Assembly: GCA_002633005.1 (NCBI GenBank)
Contig: NMRA01000020.1
Coordinates: forward strand, 1,729,050-1,793,049
From: Phoronis australis
Lineage: Eukaryota > Animalia > Phoronida
Direction of reading: 5' to 3'
Length of the DNA: 64,000 bases
Part shown: piece by piece, positions 12,801 to 26,348 of the stretch
Position numbering within the stretch: position 1 is the first letter of the stretch
How the letters are laid out: the number at the start of each line of letters is the position of its first letter
Program-made: the position numbers and the translations under genes
Notes under the pieces: generated by a model
Databases searched by the model: none
Told to the model about the DNA's origin: nothing
Seen by the model: the letters and a program-made list of their open reading frames with translations, nothing else

Positions 12801-15620
12801 TTCAACCTCTCGCCGACAACAGATATATTATCTTCGAAATGCGGTTGAATTTCTTTCGTCTAATCCACGTTTTACAATAGATGCCAATGTATAGGTACAC
12901 ACTGGATTGTCATCATTGCATAATGGGTGATCACGTAGTCTCCGGGCATGAAAACAATTCTCTCCGGGCGTGATAAGTTTTCTAACGCAATAAATCCTGG
13001 TTGCCAATTGTTTTTGATTCTACAGAGATTTCAATTCCTGAATAGAAAATGTGTGTTCTGGATTTTTCCGCTTCAGCTTTCCATTCAGGTAACTAGTGCA
13101 CAGCACAGTGTTTTTACTATCCCGTGCGGCTCCACTGCAACGAATCACTTCTCGTACAATCTTTCGTAAACGACATTTCTTAGGGGTAACAATTTTCCAA
13201 GAGCTATATATTCATTGGACAAGTTTCTGTTTGGTAATCGGTTTTATTTTCTGTCTCAGGTAGTCCTTGAGCTCATGCTCTGAATGTTTTGAAAACGCAA
13301 CTCTTTATTTACGCAGATACGTTTTCCTCAGTGCTCGTGGGCACCGACTCGCTGAATTCCCCAACCAAACATTTATTTTTGAAAATGCACTCAAAAGTGT
13401 AGTTAAAACACCGTGCTGATCATAGTCGTCAGTGCAGAAAAGCGAAATGAACAAATTTGTACACACTGCTCAAAGCACTTTTGTGGACATACGGAAACGC
13501 CAACGTCTCTGTCCTACAACTCTGCGTGTGCTTGGCATTTCTGATCAAAGCGCTCACATGCTAAGACTGAGCACCGTTTCAAAAAATTGTATTTTTTCTT
13601 ACAACTGAGCACAGAATTATTATGCGATTTTAGGACTGAAACGGAACCAAATCTCGAGTGGTGACTCATTAGAATGTGCAAAATTCGGGGAGGGGGGTGG
13701 CTGGCAATGCAAGCATGATTTTTTTATTTTCGCGCCAAACNCTGCAACGAATCACTTCTGGTACAATCTTTCGTGAACGACGTTCGTATTTTGCACATTT
13801 CTTCGGGGTAACAGTTTTCCAAGAGCTATATATTCATTGGACAAGTTTCTGTTTGGTAATCGGTTTTATTTTATGTCTCAAGTGGTCCTTGAGCTCATGC
13901 TCTGAATGTTTTGAAAACGCAACTCTTTATTTACGTAGATACGTTTTCCTGCCCGTGGGCACCGACTCGCTGAATTCACCAACCAAACATTTATTTTTGA
14001 AAATGCACTCAAAAGTGTAGTCAAAACACCGTGTTGATCATAGTCGTCAGTGTAGAAAAGCGAAATGAACAAATTTGTACACACTGCTCAAAGCACTTTT
14101 GTGGACATACGGAAACGCCAACGTCTCTGTCTTACAACTCTGCGTGTGCTTGGCTTTTCTGATCAAAGCGCTCTCATGCTGGAAACTTTATTAAGACTGA
14201 GCACTGTTTCAAAAAATTGTATTTTTTCTTACAGCTGAGCACAGAATTATTATGCGATTTTAGGACTGAAACGGAACCAAATCTCGAGTGGTGACACATT
14301 AGAATGTGCAAAATTCGGGGAGGGGGGTGGCTGGCAATACAAGAATGATTTTTTTTTATTTTCGCGCCAAACATGTAGTTACCACTTCTCATTCAGCGTC
14401 ACTTGCTACCTGAGGTGGCCAAATCATACATGTACGCTATCAAGATCACCAGACGCTTTGCTTCTCAAAAGTGCACCTTTGTGTATTTTCTATCATTTTT
14501 TTTCCATCGCAATCGCTTTACAAAGTTTCCCGCACATATGCCGCGTAGAGACAAATACCTCTTCACCACGTATTCACATCTTGCCCTTCACAATTGTTTT
14601 ATTTTGCATAATTTGTCAATATGTTATTGACAGAACATATTTATTTTTGGAACAACGTGAACGACCAACTGATAGGGGACTACGTGTATACATGTAACTG
14701 CTAGCCCAGATTTTAATGTCACCGATACACTGAAAACGGAATGCGCAAGGCTACTTTGCTGTAGCCTCAACAGTGGTGATGTCACCGTCTTAGTTCGTGG
14801 AAATCGTAACCATAATATGATTTCGAATTTCGAGCCATCGAAGTCCGTGGGTTTAGGGCATACTGGACCTTGAATTTTGCGTCTGTACTGCAAGGGTCAA
14901 TACTATGAAAATAAAATCCCTGGAGTGAGAGCTTTTCGCGGTGTAAGAACTCACTCACTAATCCATCATCATGGGCGCGTGACGAGACCGGTGACTAACT
15001 TAAAAAACGCAAAAAGATGCAGTTTGGCGTTACACAAACAACTTGAAATCAACTGCGGGCGAAGACTGCTAAAATAGCTGCGTTTACAAAATGACTACAG
15101 CGTTGTATTGACCGGGAAGCAACCGATCTAATACATCCTGTTAACGTCACGAGTCAAATTAAAGATCAAATGTAAAGAAAACTTTCACGTTTTTCATCCA
15201 AAACTTGTTGCATTGTCCATAATCCAATGTTTACTATTACCGCTTGCCTTCAACCTTCGAATTAGTGGTATTACACAACCGACGTGAACTCATGTAACCG
15301 AGACAGTAAAACTAGGTTAATTTATTTGACCCTGTGCTAAGACGAATATGCATCGACACGCAAGTGGTATCAGCCTGAAAACCTATTACGCAACTGCTAC
15401 TCTAGCCTAAAAATAGCAGCCGACCAGCTGGTCGGCTGATGGCCGGTCGGCCAAAGGGTCGGCTGAAGGGTCGGCTGAGAAGTCGCCTTATGAGTCGGCA
15501 CTGCGGGCGGCTGCCGGTCGGCTAATTTTTAGCCGACCGGTCGGCAAATTAGCCGACCGGTCGACGGCTAGTCGTCGACCAATTTCCGACCGGGCGGCCA
15601 AAAATTCGTGATGTGTGCTG
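9844..15620. mobile_element. Non-autonomous TIR DNA transposon with CAGCACAC termini, TA flanks and GCCGACC subterminal repeats
   Basis: ~50-bp TIR CAGCACACATCACGAATTTTTGGCCG.CCGGTCGGAAATTGGTCGAC at both ends, with TA on both sides. Many GCCGACC/GGTCGGC copies at 9870-10050 and 15415-15600. No transposase ORF recognised; superfamily unassigned. Confidence 0.85.
13135..14372 (+). repeat. ~610-630-bp direct tandem duplication
   Basis: 13135-13740 is nearly identical to 13742-14372. An N sits exactly at the junction (13741). Confidence 0.9.
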
Positions 15621-16199
15621 TAATAAGAAATAAAGGAAACATAAAAAATATTAGCACATCATATGAAAAAGAACAGCTTAAGTATTTTGTCGAAAATTTT
15701 GACAAGAAAATATTTTTGGCATATCTATAAACTGCTGTATGCATCCATTTATAAAAAATATGCACTGAACAGGCAATATTCTAGTGGAGATATCACATGA
15801 CCTTCGTGCACACTTCAATATAATCATCAGAAGTTAAACATATTTTGTTCTAGTACTTCTGAACAATACACTAGAATTGACAATTAAGAGGGTATTACAA
15901 TCCAATGGATTTATTTGAAGAAATCATCCATTATTTATTGTCTGCCATTCAATAATGGCAATGTGATATGTGATACTGAGACGCAGGATAACAACGGCAT
16001 CACAGTATCGTTGCCATTATTCAAGAATGCTGTTGACATCATGCAATAATAGAAGTTATGCAATGGAACACTTTTGAAGCAATCTTAGACTCAGGCTGAT
16101 GTCTGTATGTTTTAAGCAATTGAAAATGTAAATGTGGACAATTTATAAAATTCTTTATACTAATGTTTTGAAAACAAAAATGAGATAGCCTGTTAATTG

Positions 16200-16932
16200 C
16201 TCATTACACACCTGCCAACAACACTTACTGATGATACACCCACACCTCAAGTTTCACGGCTAACAATCTCAACGTATCCGCAATCTCGGATATTGTGGTG
16301 AAGGTATTTCCTGAAAACAACACAGATCCGGCCACCATAATGTTCCCCATGGCTGATTGCCCGATCATTGGCTGGCTTTTCCACACTTAAGTGTTAGTGG
16401 TTGATGCATGGGGCCATAATGACGAACAAAGTCCCTCTATTTTTAACATCCAGCTCTACTATGGGATTACTGCAGTTGGGGTCAACAATTCCTTTTGAGA
16501 GACAATTGCTTGGACGCTGAACCAAACACCAAGTACTGGAAGTTGGTGAAGGCACTGTCGACTGCTTAATTCCATTGAAAATTCGTCCTCTTCCTCACTG
16601 TCCATGTCATCATCTGGTTGAAATGAAGACTCCAGAGACGAAAATTCTGAAGAGCTGTCGTCACTAGTGTTTTCTTCCTCTTCAGGTAATGGGGGATGCA
16701 TACATGTAGGTTGATTGCAGCAAGGTGCAACACACTTCGGAGCTTCACCATTACAACATGAAGCTGCACACTTAAAAGGGGGGGTGGTGGTGGCATTGGC
16801 GGTGTCTGCGTTGCAACAGTCACCATCACTGGACATGGCGGTAATGGCGCTCGTTCCTTTATACAACACATTTCAGGCAGAGCTTCTTCATGCTGTGCTT
16901 CCTTCAACTCCTTTTCAGCCAATGGATGAGCC
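16200..16932 (-). pseudogene. Degenerate exon of a Kolobok-type transposase (acidic linker and WxSQP..GN..LFSG region)
   Basis: TTTTAG acceptor at ~16933. Frameshifted translation AEKELKEAQHEE..VATQT..DDSSSEFSSLESSFQPDDD..VWKSQPMIGQSAMGNIMVAGSVLFSGNTF, a motif set I associate with THAP-bearing Kolobok transposases. Collinear with the THAP exon at 22478-22909. Confidence 0.6.
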
Positions 16933-18212
16933 TAAAATGTGACATCTAATCAAGGTTTTTTCAATTAACTGACTATGAGCAACACTAATGAAAGATAAAA
17001 AATAATATGAAGTTTAAAATGTTTTATCATACAGCCCAATTTTAGACGAATGGGACTTTTAATGGCCATGAAAGCATACTCTCAAATTCCGTTAGTTATT
17101 TGTTTTCAACAAATTGTAATGCATCTCAATACCTCCAATATCTCATGGCAATCTGTAACTGTATGCTACCAAATATTCATGGGAAGCCAACTGTTTGGAT
17201 TATTTTAGCTAAACTACATTTATGACAAGGCAAATTGAATTAATGCACCAGATGAAGAGTGACAAGCAATTACTTACCATGGCAAATTAAAGTGATGCAC
17301 CAGATGAAGTATGACAAGCAAACAGAGTAATTTTTTACATTTTTGATGTGAATTTAACCTATGACACCTCAAATCGAAAATGTGGTTATCATATTATCAT
17401 AAGCATTCTTATCTAATATGCACTATAGCTATAAGTACTTAATATATCTTAAATATTCTTACTTAAAAATCTTAAGAATGATTCCATTTAAAAACCATAT
17501 GAAAATGAAAAATCACTATATACTCAAAAATTCATACAGAGCTAATACTTTGTGCATGTGTTGGGATGCTGGCCCAAAGTACATTGCTGCAATATTTGCA
17601 CTCAATGACCTTTGGTTACCGAGATATGACCTATTTGGCTATAAAGGCATATTTTGCATTTTTTCATGTGAGTAAAACTGCATTTTTGGAACGACAAAAA
17701 TCAGACTTGGAAATCTGGTGAAAAAGTTTGACACTGATGGTCATCAAGACTCATGTAAGGTAAGAAAATGAAATTTGAAACACAATTGAATTTCCAGCAG
17801 GGGTGAAAATTCCGAGACCACTTTTCAGGCCAGTCACTAGTGGCACGATGTTGCTTAACCTGCCTGCTATATCGGAATAGATTTGAAGTTGAAATTCTCT
17901 GTGTAGACATTTATAAGATTGAACTTTGATAATTGCTTTTAAAAAACTGATATATTTAGTGATGAGCATGGCCCTCGAATTTGGGCATTTTTGTGATGTG
18001 GCCTTACTCTGACTGACAAGAGAATTGAGGCTGCTCTTTTAGTTTAGAGATATCACCTAAAATATATGATCTAATATCAACAATGCAATATCACAAAAAT
18101 TAAATTTCACTTTTGAGACCCCAATTTTCTAAAACACTCTATGCTTTGTTTAATTTTACCAATGGCACTTTAGGGTTCGAGATTACATGCACTTCCTGTC
18201 ACTGCAAGGAAT

Positions 18213-19140
18213 ATGGAGGAATTTTCTTCTTGTACATTTGGTTCATTTTCGTTGCATAAGTGTAATCGCGGAGGAAATGTGGCCTTCATTAGCTGTGTTA
18301 AAGACGTCAGAAGTCATCTGATGTCGTGCAAAGTGCCACAGAAGCTTGAAAGTATATCGGAATTACAGCTGATTCTTGCCGGAGCTGGAGATAGGAAGTT
18401 GGACTGGCAAACCAATGGAAATGCTGACACACTTTGAGTAACCGCCGATGGCATTCGAGCATGGAAGACCTATAGAGTAGGGGAGGGAAAGCTTGTCATC
18501 AACAAATCGTGTAAACTGTTGCCTCTGAAAAGTCTTGACCTTGCAACACTTGAGTGTTTTTCAACTTCAAGGGTTGAGTCGGGGCTGGTATCCCGTGAAC
18601 GTCATACAAAGCTCACATGCACACACTATGGGTGCTCGAAATATTTTCCTACAGATGCTGAGCTAAATGACCACTTAGATGTTGGTGCTCATTCATCATC
18701 CCTCCAGAACGAGACTCAGATCGAACACATTTCAAGACAATCTGATATGTTATCTACTACCACAGCTGTACCATCACCTGAGTTGTCTGCCGTTTACGTT
18801 TTTGATCAAGTCACCGCAGGATTTGGCCCTGAAAAGTATTAGAAAAGCGGTCCGCTTCTCTGAGAAGGTAAAGACTTAACCCAGTGATATATTTCCTGAA
18901 GGTGAACAGTCAGGCAGAAAACAACAGCCATCTGAGGTTGTAAAGATGATGCGAGAAGCCAGGAATAAGCAAGGAAAAGTTTTCTCCTCTGAAGAATGGT
19001 TGTCGGAGCAGCAGATTGCTGGATTTTTCTCCCGTATGATTGCCGCGTCTCGAATCCGAAATATTCAGAATATTGAAGATGCTGATGCTGCCTCAAAGAA
19101 TGATTTGGAATTTGAAGTCATGAATGAGTTATCAACATAA
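18213..19140 (+). pseudogene. Internally deleted Sola3-like transposase remnant
   Basis: N-terminal ELQLILA.AG motif jumps to GIRAWKTYRVGEGK, a C2H2 finger (CTHYGCSKYF..LNDHLDVGAH) and GFALK..RFSEK..MR..EEWL.EQQIAGFFSR. No catalytic core. Family assignment is from remembered motifs. Confidence 0.5.
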
Positions 19141-21887
19141 ACTGTAGGAAATTATGAACATGTTTTAGTTGGTGTATATTACACATGCTGTGTTAAATCG
19201 TCAGCAGGGGAATGGATAAATTTTGACGACTTTACAGTCACAAGTACATCCAAGCCTCCCCTGGATGCCTACATTGCAATATATGAATTATAAACCAACA
19301 AAGGAAATCAACATAAAAATATGGCGCAATTTCAACATCAACGTCACATATCACATCTGAAGCAGCCAAGTCAAGTTATTTTTTGAAATTCATCCTGGTA
19401 CGGGAATTGGGGATAGTTAGGCCTATAAAAGATCTTTAACCCAGCCGCAGAGCGTCTAAAGCCGCGCACCGTACCAGTGACTGCTGGCAACTCATCGGAG
19501 ACTCAACTTTAACATCCTTCGCCGCAGAGATAACAACTCTTGGGCTGTCTCCGGTGAGTCCATTCTTTGTTGAATGATGTTTAGATAAATTATGATATTG
19601 TTGTGGTCATCATTATCGTAGGTAGGAGACTGGGGTCCACCCTGGGCGAAATTGGGAAACATGGAAGATAACGCAAATTCGGGGCTTCCATGGGGGGCAG
19701 ATTTGAGTGGTGGCCGTTTGGAAAAAAATAATCCTAGCCACTGATGGTGAACATTGAAATCTTCTGTCACTTTTTACTAGCATTTTTTGTTTTATGTTCA
19801 GTTTGAGACTCGTAAAGCATACTTTTTACATGATTGATTCTGTTGAAACTACTGAGATTTTTATAGGAGTGATTATCTAGTTTTGAGAAACATCTATCTT
19901 AGACATGTGTACTGAGCAAACTAAAAGGACTTTGTGTTTCAGTAGCTCTTACTTTCTTCAAAGAAAATGCAGTTTTTTTGAAGTGTTGTGTAGAAATGCA
20001 CCATACAATAAACATAGCATACCTTCAAGAAACTGTGGTTTTGAGTCCACCGCATGAACGGAATTTACATATTGTGAAACTTTTAGCTGGTAAGTCGCAA
20101 CAACACCCAATTGCTTGAATACTGGTTTGGAAAGCCGGTATCTTGGATATCACTGAAAGTATTATGTTTTCAATCGTAAATATCCGTACCTATTATGTTT
20201 CTGAAATTGCAAATTCCATTGGTGCACTGCCACCATGCTCGGCCGCTTTTGTGTAGTACAAGAAGCATTGCGTGACACTGTGTATGTCCAGTAACACGAT
20301 ACTTCTGCTTGTATCCACCGTCCTCTTTTCACTTGTGATCTCGAAGATCTTGATTAGCTTTAGTATGAACTTTGCTAATAGCTTGAGGGGACTTTTTCAG
20401 GCACATATACAAGGATTTGTTCAGGAGGTCTGAAAAATGGACCAGCATGCACTGCAGGCAGTGCTTGGGATTCTTAGTCAATTACGGTGTTTGAAAACCG
20501 ACCAAGCAATGGGTAATGGACACCCTTAATAAGAATCAAAACCTGCTTCTCTGAATTATGAGATGGTGATGGGTTTGTATTATTAACTCATAAGTACATG
20601 TACATTAAAATTGACTTTTTTGATTTCTGTAATCCTATAACAAATTTTTATTTTTGCACCAGCGAAATTGAAAATCCGCGAAGAAAAAATCTCTCATACA
20701 GCTTCCCATGATCTCCTTAGTCACTGATGTAGCAAATCGAATGATATTTGTTTTATTTGGCATCTTGGTCGATAGAAAATTGCACAATGAAGTAGCGCCT
20801 CCTAGAGTCTTTTAATCAAACTGACAGTCACAGATTGGCAGAAAAGTGTGTGGGTTATGTAAAAACTGACTGCACAACTATGACAGAGACCAGATTTTAC
20901 ATTCTTGTGTTGGGCTGAGCAAAGACAGCAGTAACAGATGGAAGTTAACTCATGTTCCAAAAGAATGCGATATAGATTTGGGAAAGTGATCAAATGCGCA
21001 AAAATGGTCTCAATAACAAGCAGTGAAAGTGATATTTTTTGTAGGCTAAAATGGGAGGACATAAAAAATAAAAAAATCCGTCCGAACTAGTTTCTCTTGT
21101 ATGTAATTCTTTCTCATTTCTGCTATATAGTTATTTTTTCATAGGGTGAAGCGACGATGTGCTGTTGCTGACAAAGTCCTCTACTTCCAAGTACTATTAT
21201 TTGCTATTTTTCGAAAAAGTACAAAATGATCGTAAAACGGGCTTAAAAAACTCGGAAACTCTTAAAAATTCAGGCCCAGGTTACTTTTGACAAGGCCAGC
21301 CGATATGCTAACTTTCAATAAAAATGGTGATTTTGCATATATAGCCCACCATTTGTTTTTTATAGGGAATTGCTCTTCATTAGTACTTATGATGAAGGTA
21401 AAATTTGTGTCCAAGTTTTTATAAGCATACCACAAATTTAATCTCAGTTTCATGGATGCCCGCAGGGTGAGATAATGTTATACAATGGTAAACCAAGTGT
21501 TAAGTCAATTCATCAATGTAATAATGAGAGATATTTACTTCTCAATGTGAAATCACTGTCAGGGCAATCAACAACAAGTGTTTTGCAAAAGTGTATAGCG
21601 TTCACCAGAAGGTCAATTAGGTTTAGTTAAAAATCCTGGAAAATTGTGTTAGTAACTTATCCTAACTTAACAAAAACTTAAGTAATCAATAGCACTAGAT
21701 ACTGATACACTGCAGGATTGTGGTTACTCTTAGCAAATCTGACAAGCAATATCCAGACAGCAAGTTACCTTAGAGCAAATTGAAACAGAAGACAATCGCA
21801 CCCTTCCCCAAACAGCTCATGTGTGAATGTTGCCGATGTAAGCTGCACTCAAGTTAATTGACACAAAGAATGAGAGGGCTTCCCCTC

Positions 21888-22039
21888 CATGGGCGGAGCA
21901 CCATAGAGGGCTGGGGGACTACAGTCCTCCACTTCTTCACTTCTTTCAGTGCTTCATGGCACATGGTGTATGAGAGGTGCACCACAGGGGGGCTGAGGGG
22001 GCTTTAGCCCCCACTTCTTTCACTGCTGCGCCGCCCATG
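21888..22039. mobile_element. Short MITE-like element
   Basis: Termini CATGGGCGG...CCGCCCATG with internally duplicated GGGGGCT..AGCCCCC boxes. No clear TSD. Confidence 0.45.
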
Positions 22040-22477
22040 CTCTTTCAACTTTTCCAATAGAACAATGGGCAAGCCGGCCACAAGGGATTAGGATAGCGCA
22101 GCCACAGTAATCATGCTAATGGGTAACAGTTTCTCAACAAAAAACCGTCGGTCAGTCAGTGGCTGGTCTGTAGTACTCTAAGACTTCGCACTGACATCGC
22201 TGTAGCGTAAGGTGTTTAAGTGGAGTTAGCGGCGGTTTACAAAGACAAGAATGTCGACTACGATATCCAGCTCGAACATAGCATAATCCTAAATGTACGA
22301 ACATACCTAGCCAGCCAGTTTACTTTATGGCTAGAGAGACTTCCAAGCCAAAACACTCGAGATAAATACAGTCCCAACGATACAAGAACAGGATGTGCGA
22401 ATACTAATATTAGTCATGTCTGGTATGCGATATAAAACATCGATAGAAGTTGAAATAAACACATAAACAGTGTTTTA

Positions 22478-22909
22478 TTATAATCGGAAACTGCAACATT
22501 CCTCTTTCAAAAGGATTCCACGTTCTTTTGCTGCAATTCTTGCTTTTCTACTGGAAGAGACTTGTTTCTTATCCAATGAAGTTGGTCTCGCATTCACCGT
22601 GGCTCTATCGGCGTGGAGAGTCATGCCAATGCCAAACTGTGATGGAATCGCCGTCTCCCTCAACATCCTACTCCGTTTCGTTTTCGTTATTTCTGCCCTA
22701 ATGTCCTTCACATAGTCATCATCAAAGAAGTGGTCGCTACAAACCCGGCTATGCTTGTTCACGGACGGATTCTTCAGCTCCCTAGCTGCTACCCGTGACT
22801 TCAACAATGGTACGTTACGCAGAGGCAACCGATGGTATGCGATGTCTCTTCCCGTACAAGACCGGTTTCTTGAAGAGTTTGAACAACCAGGTGCCATGCA
22901 AAAAGGCAT
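22478..22909 (-). CDS. THAP zinc-finger ORF (first exon of a Kolobok-type transposase)
   Basis: MPFCMAPGCSN...YHRLP...VCSDHF...AIPSQF gives the C2CH THAP signature with an AVP-type motif; the usually conserved Trp appears replaced (KSRV). A putative terminus ACTACAGTGCCCTT-TTAA lies at ~23187. Confidence 0.8.
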   Translation of the reverse strand: MPFCMAPGCSNSSRNRSCTGRDIAYHRLPLRNVPLLKSRVAARELKNPSVNKHSRVCSDHFFDDDYVKDIRAEITKTKRSRMLRETAIPSQFGIGMTLHADRATVNARPTSLDKKQVSSSRKARIAAKERGILLKEECCSFRL

Positions 22910-24689
22910 AGCGAACCTTTTACAACAGTTTGGTCCACTATAAAAGAATCAGGACTTAAACAAAGATGTCCTTCACAATATGGTATAACAAATGAATACG
23001 AAAAGCAGCCGAAACCACACCGTTCACGTCACTGACACATCAACCAATCATCGATAGATTTCAGGATTCAGCGTTTTGAACATAAATACTAATCGGCTTT
23101 TCTTTGGCGCGCAAGTCGGGCAAGTGTGAGTTTTATTTGTATGTTGGAACCGATTAACTGCAACATTATTTTGACTACAGTGCCCTTTTAAGTTTTTTTT
23201 CGGCCAAAAACTTGTCTTTGATTTCAAAGATTCTGTTTTATTTTTAAAGGTCAGTCTTCCAAATGGTCAGCCGCCAAGTTTCAACGTGATTGGCCTACTA
23301 ATTAGGTCGTAAAGGCCCACCAAAGTGGCCCACCCAAGCTTCATTGTTGCATGCTATAAACATTTCCACTAAATAAGATTGGTCATAACCCCGCTTGTCA
23401 AGGTAAACGGTGGGGCTTGGAAAAATGAATTAGACCGTATTTATCCACCTTGGCTGAGTCGAGCTCGGCTCACGATCAAAGGGATGCCGCCAAGCTGCTC
23501 TATTCATCGAGTCACGAGCGAGGATAATTGGCTTCGCTCATGCGAATATGATCAGCTGATTACAATATAGCTAGCAGACTGTACTTTTTATGGAGAGAGT
23601 TTTACGTAGTTTCCCCTGTAATATTTGAAAAGAGGAGCGAAAACAAATATGAGTACAGCTTTGAATTTTTCAAATCGGCCCAGGATAAGAGATTTTGCAA
23701 CACACACTCACGATTACTTTCATTCGGCGCGCACGAATGCAAAAATATAGGTCCCAAGTTATTTAGATTTTGGAACACACGCATTGCAATATTCAAAATA
23801 CGTTTATTATGAATCTGTAAAACGACGTTGTTTAATTTCATTGTGCTCATTCATTGTCATCCTTGAAGACGCATCAGTTGGCAAGTTTTTGCTCTGTGAT
23901 GAGCACAATTTTTTTAAAAATTATCGTAATTTACCAACGGAAGTTGATAGCAATGCACCACAATTTTGTAGAAAGACTGTCATACTAGTCATAGGCTACA
24001 AATACGTCACAGAGCGTAAATTTGATGAATCCTAGCTTCCGGTTTTACCCGTTTGGGAAACCGGGTTTACACTGCCGCAGGCTACAATAAGCGTCCCCTC
24101 CCCGTGAAATGAATTTTTTTAAGTGTTCATGAGAGCCAAGACAGTATACAGCTTTCCACCAAGGCTAGGTGATCCTACAACATTATTCTTTGTTGCATTA
24201 GTAACTGGTCTTGGCTAATTATCATTTTATGGCCTGGTCATCCATTCAGCCAAAAGTAGTTCCAGAGGTGGCTTATCCGCCAATTATTCACGCATGCTGA
24301 CTCACAATAGAAGCCTGATAAGAGTGCAGGTGGATAAATGCGGTGTTCCTCCAGTTTCTTGTGATAGTGGATGTGTTCACGACATGTGGTCCAATGGCGG
24401 TGTGACATCGACAGCTGTAGAATGTAGGTAAAGGTGTACTGGTCAAGATTCAATACCACAAGAATGTCACATGACTGTTAGCAGCGCTACCTCTTAGCAA
24501 AGCGTCACTGCATTCAACGCCATCTGTTTGTCGTGATAGACCGGGATCCCAGAACTTTTTGGGCATGAAAAGGTAATCAATTTTCTTTGGCGCCACAGTG
24601 CTCTGTGGGTATCCTGATGCTTGGAGATGGCCGTCTGGCAGGTTCGCTGTGGTGGGTGTGGTCAGGGGAGCCAAGAGAATTACACTCAA

Positions 24690-25330
24690 AAATTGAGCTA
24701 GATCAACTTTTCTGGTAACCACTTAGAACTGCCTTCGATACCTGATACGTCATCCATTGTATCAAAATTGGTCACTGCCAGACAATTTCAGTGGTGGGGA
24801 GTACCCGCCAGACGAACATATACAGGGTATAAAAATTGAGCTAGATCAATCCAAGAGGTAATCGCTTGAAACCAGTCGTAAAATATTCACTGTAAGCCCA
24901 GGTATCACGAGTGAACACTGTCAGACAAATCTAGTGGTGGGTTACCCCCGCCAGACACGCCCAAATACCTGAATTGAGCTAGATCAACCCATCAGGTAAC
25001 CGTTTGAAACCAATTGCACGATATTCAACATCACTGAACATGGCACAACAGTTAGATGCCAGACAATTTCAGTGGTGGGATGCCCCTGGCAGACGATTGT
25101 CAAAAAGGATTAAAATTGAGCTAGATCAACCCAAGAGGTAACCGCCTATAACCAGTTATAAAATGTTAACCGTAAGTCAAGGTATCTCGAATAAACACTG
25201 ACAAACAAATCTAGTGGTGTGTTATCCCCGCCAGACACGCCCGAGTACCTGAGTTGAGGTACATCAACCCACCAGGAAACCGCTTGAAACCAATCGCCCA
25301 ATGTTCAGCATCATTGCACCTGGCAAAACA
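24690..25330 (+). repeat. ~140-bp tandem repeat, about 5 monomers with alternating (dimeric) variants
   Basis: AATTGAGCTAGATCAA at ~24691, 24834, 24972, 25114 and a variant at ~25252. Monomers 2/4 and 3/5 are most alike. Confidence 0.8.
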
Positions 25331-26199
25331 GTAAGATTCCTCCATCAGACAACTAAAGAGTCGAAACAAAATTGATTGTAAGCCTACTTCACGCTGAATA
25401 AGCACCACGATCAGGATCCAGGCACTTCGATTTTCAATAGAGCCACTAAGTCTGTACGACATAGGTCACCGCACAAAGTGAGATTTTTGTCTGCAAGGTT
25501 ATGTCAGGGCATGAAAACCAGAAAAATCGTGCCTGAGGTTGGAGGGACTTCACAAGTCCATGTGAAAACAGCGGAATACTCCACATAACTCACTATTAAA
25601 ACAAAACCTAAAAACCCGTCCAAGACGGATAGCACATTGTGTTTTCACTACTTACCATTTTTCGTTGTCCTATTTTACCAGTCTAAACTGCGTCCCTTTG
25701 TTTTCGGACGAGCCATTTGATGCAACTGCTAAAAGGAATACTAATAAAAAAGCTTATTTTGCTGTCGCCTGCGTTATGTTTGCGCGCCATCTACCTTCAT
25801 TTCACACAGTGATTAATGGCAAGTTTGGCAAAACTGATTAGTTTTGGGCAAGCTTCGTCTTTCTCATCAACCGAGCCTACAAAGAACTCCAGAGATGCGT
25901 CAAGAACAATGACTTCAGTGGCTATATCAACATTTTTCCGACTACGCTAGATGTATTCTTTGCCCTGAACCGCCCAAACTACGCCAGATGAGGAACATTG
26001 TTTTACCAAAAGTTGAAATTGGCAAACCCAATGTTACGTGCTACGTACGAGGAAGAACTTCAATAGATGGGCTGTTGACCTTTTTTTTGAACAGTCTGTA
26101 TTTTTTATGTTTGATATGGTGTTCTCCAAAAAGGCTAAACACACCTCTGCGGCACCTGATATTGGGTACGTATGGTTGTGTTAAATTTCGTGGAAACTA

Positions 26200-26348
26200 C
26201 AGCACACATCACGAATTTTTGTCCCCACGGTCGGAAATTGGTCGACGACTAGCCGTCGACCGGTCGGTAAATTAGCCGACCGGCAGCCACCCGCTGTGCC
26301 GACTCATAAGGCGACTCCCCAGCCGACCCTTCAGCCGACCCTTCAGCC
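26200..26348 (-). mobile_element. Solo terminus of the CAGCACAC TIR family
   Basis: TA-CAGCACACATCACGAATTTTTG.. is the reverse complement of the 15415-15620 end. Truncated where the TAGTCGG terminus starts at 26351. Confidence 0.8.

Noticed and set aside
13135-14372. Tandem duplication as a biological event
   Set aside because: The N at the exact junction and near identity suggest both haplotypes were assembled in tandem.
16459-16869. Metallothionein-like Cys-rich ORF
   Set aside because: It is a frameshifted linker within the Kolobok-type transposase exon.
25640-25800. Minus-strand ATG|gtaag first exon with an upstream GCCAT box
   Set aside because: No convincing downstream exon was found.
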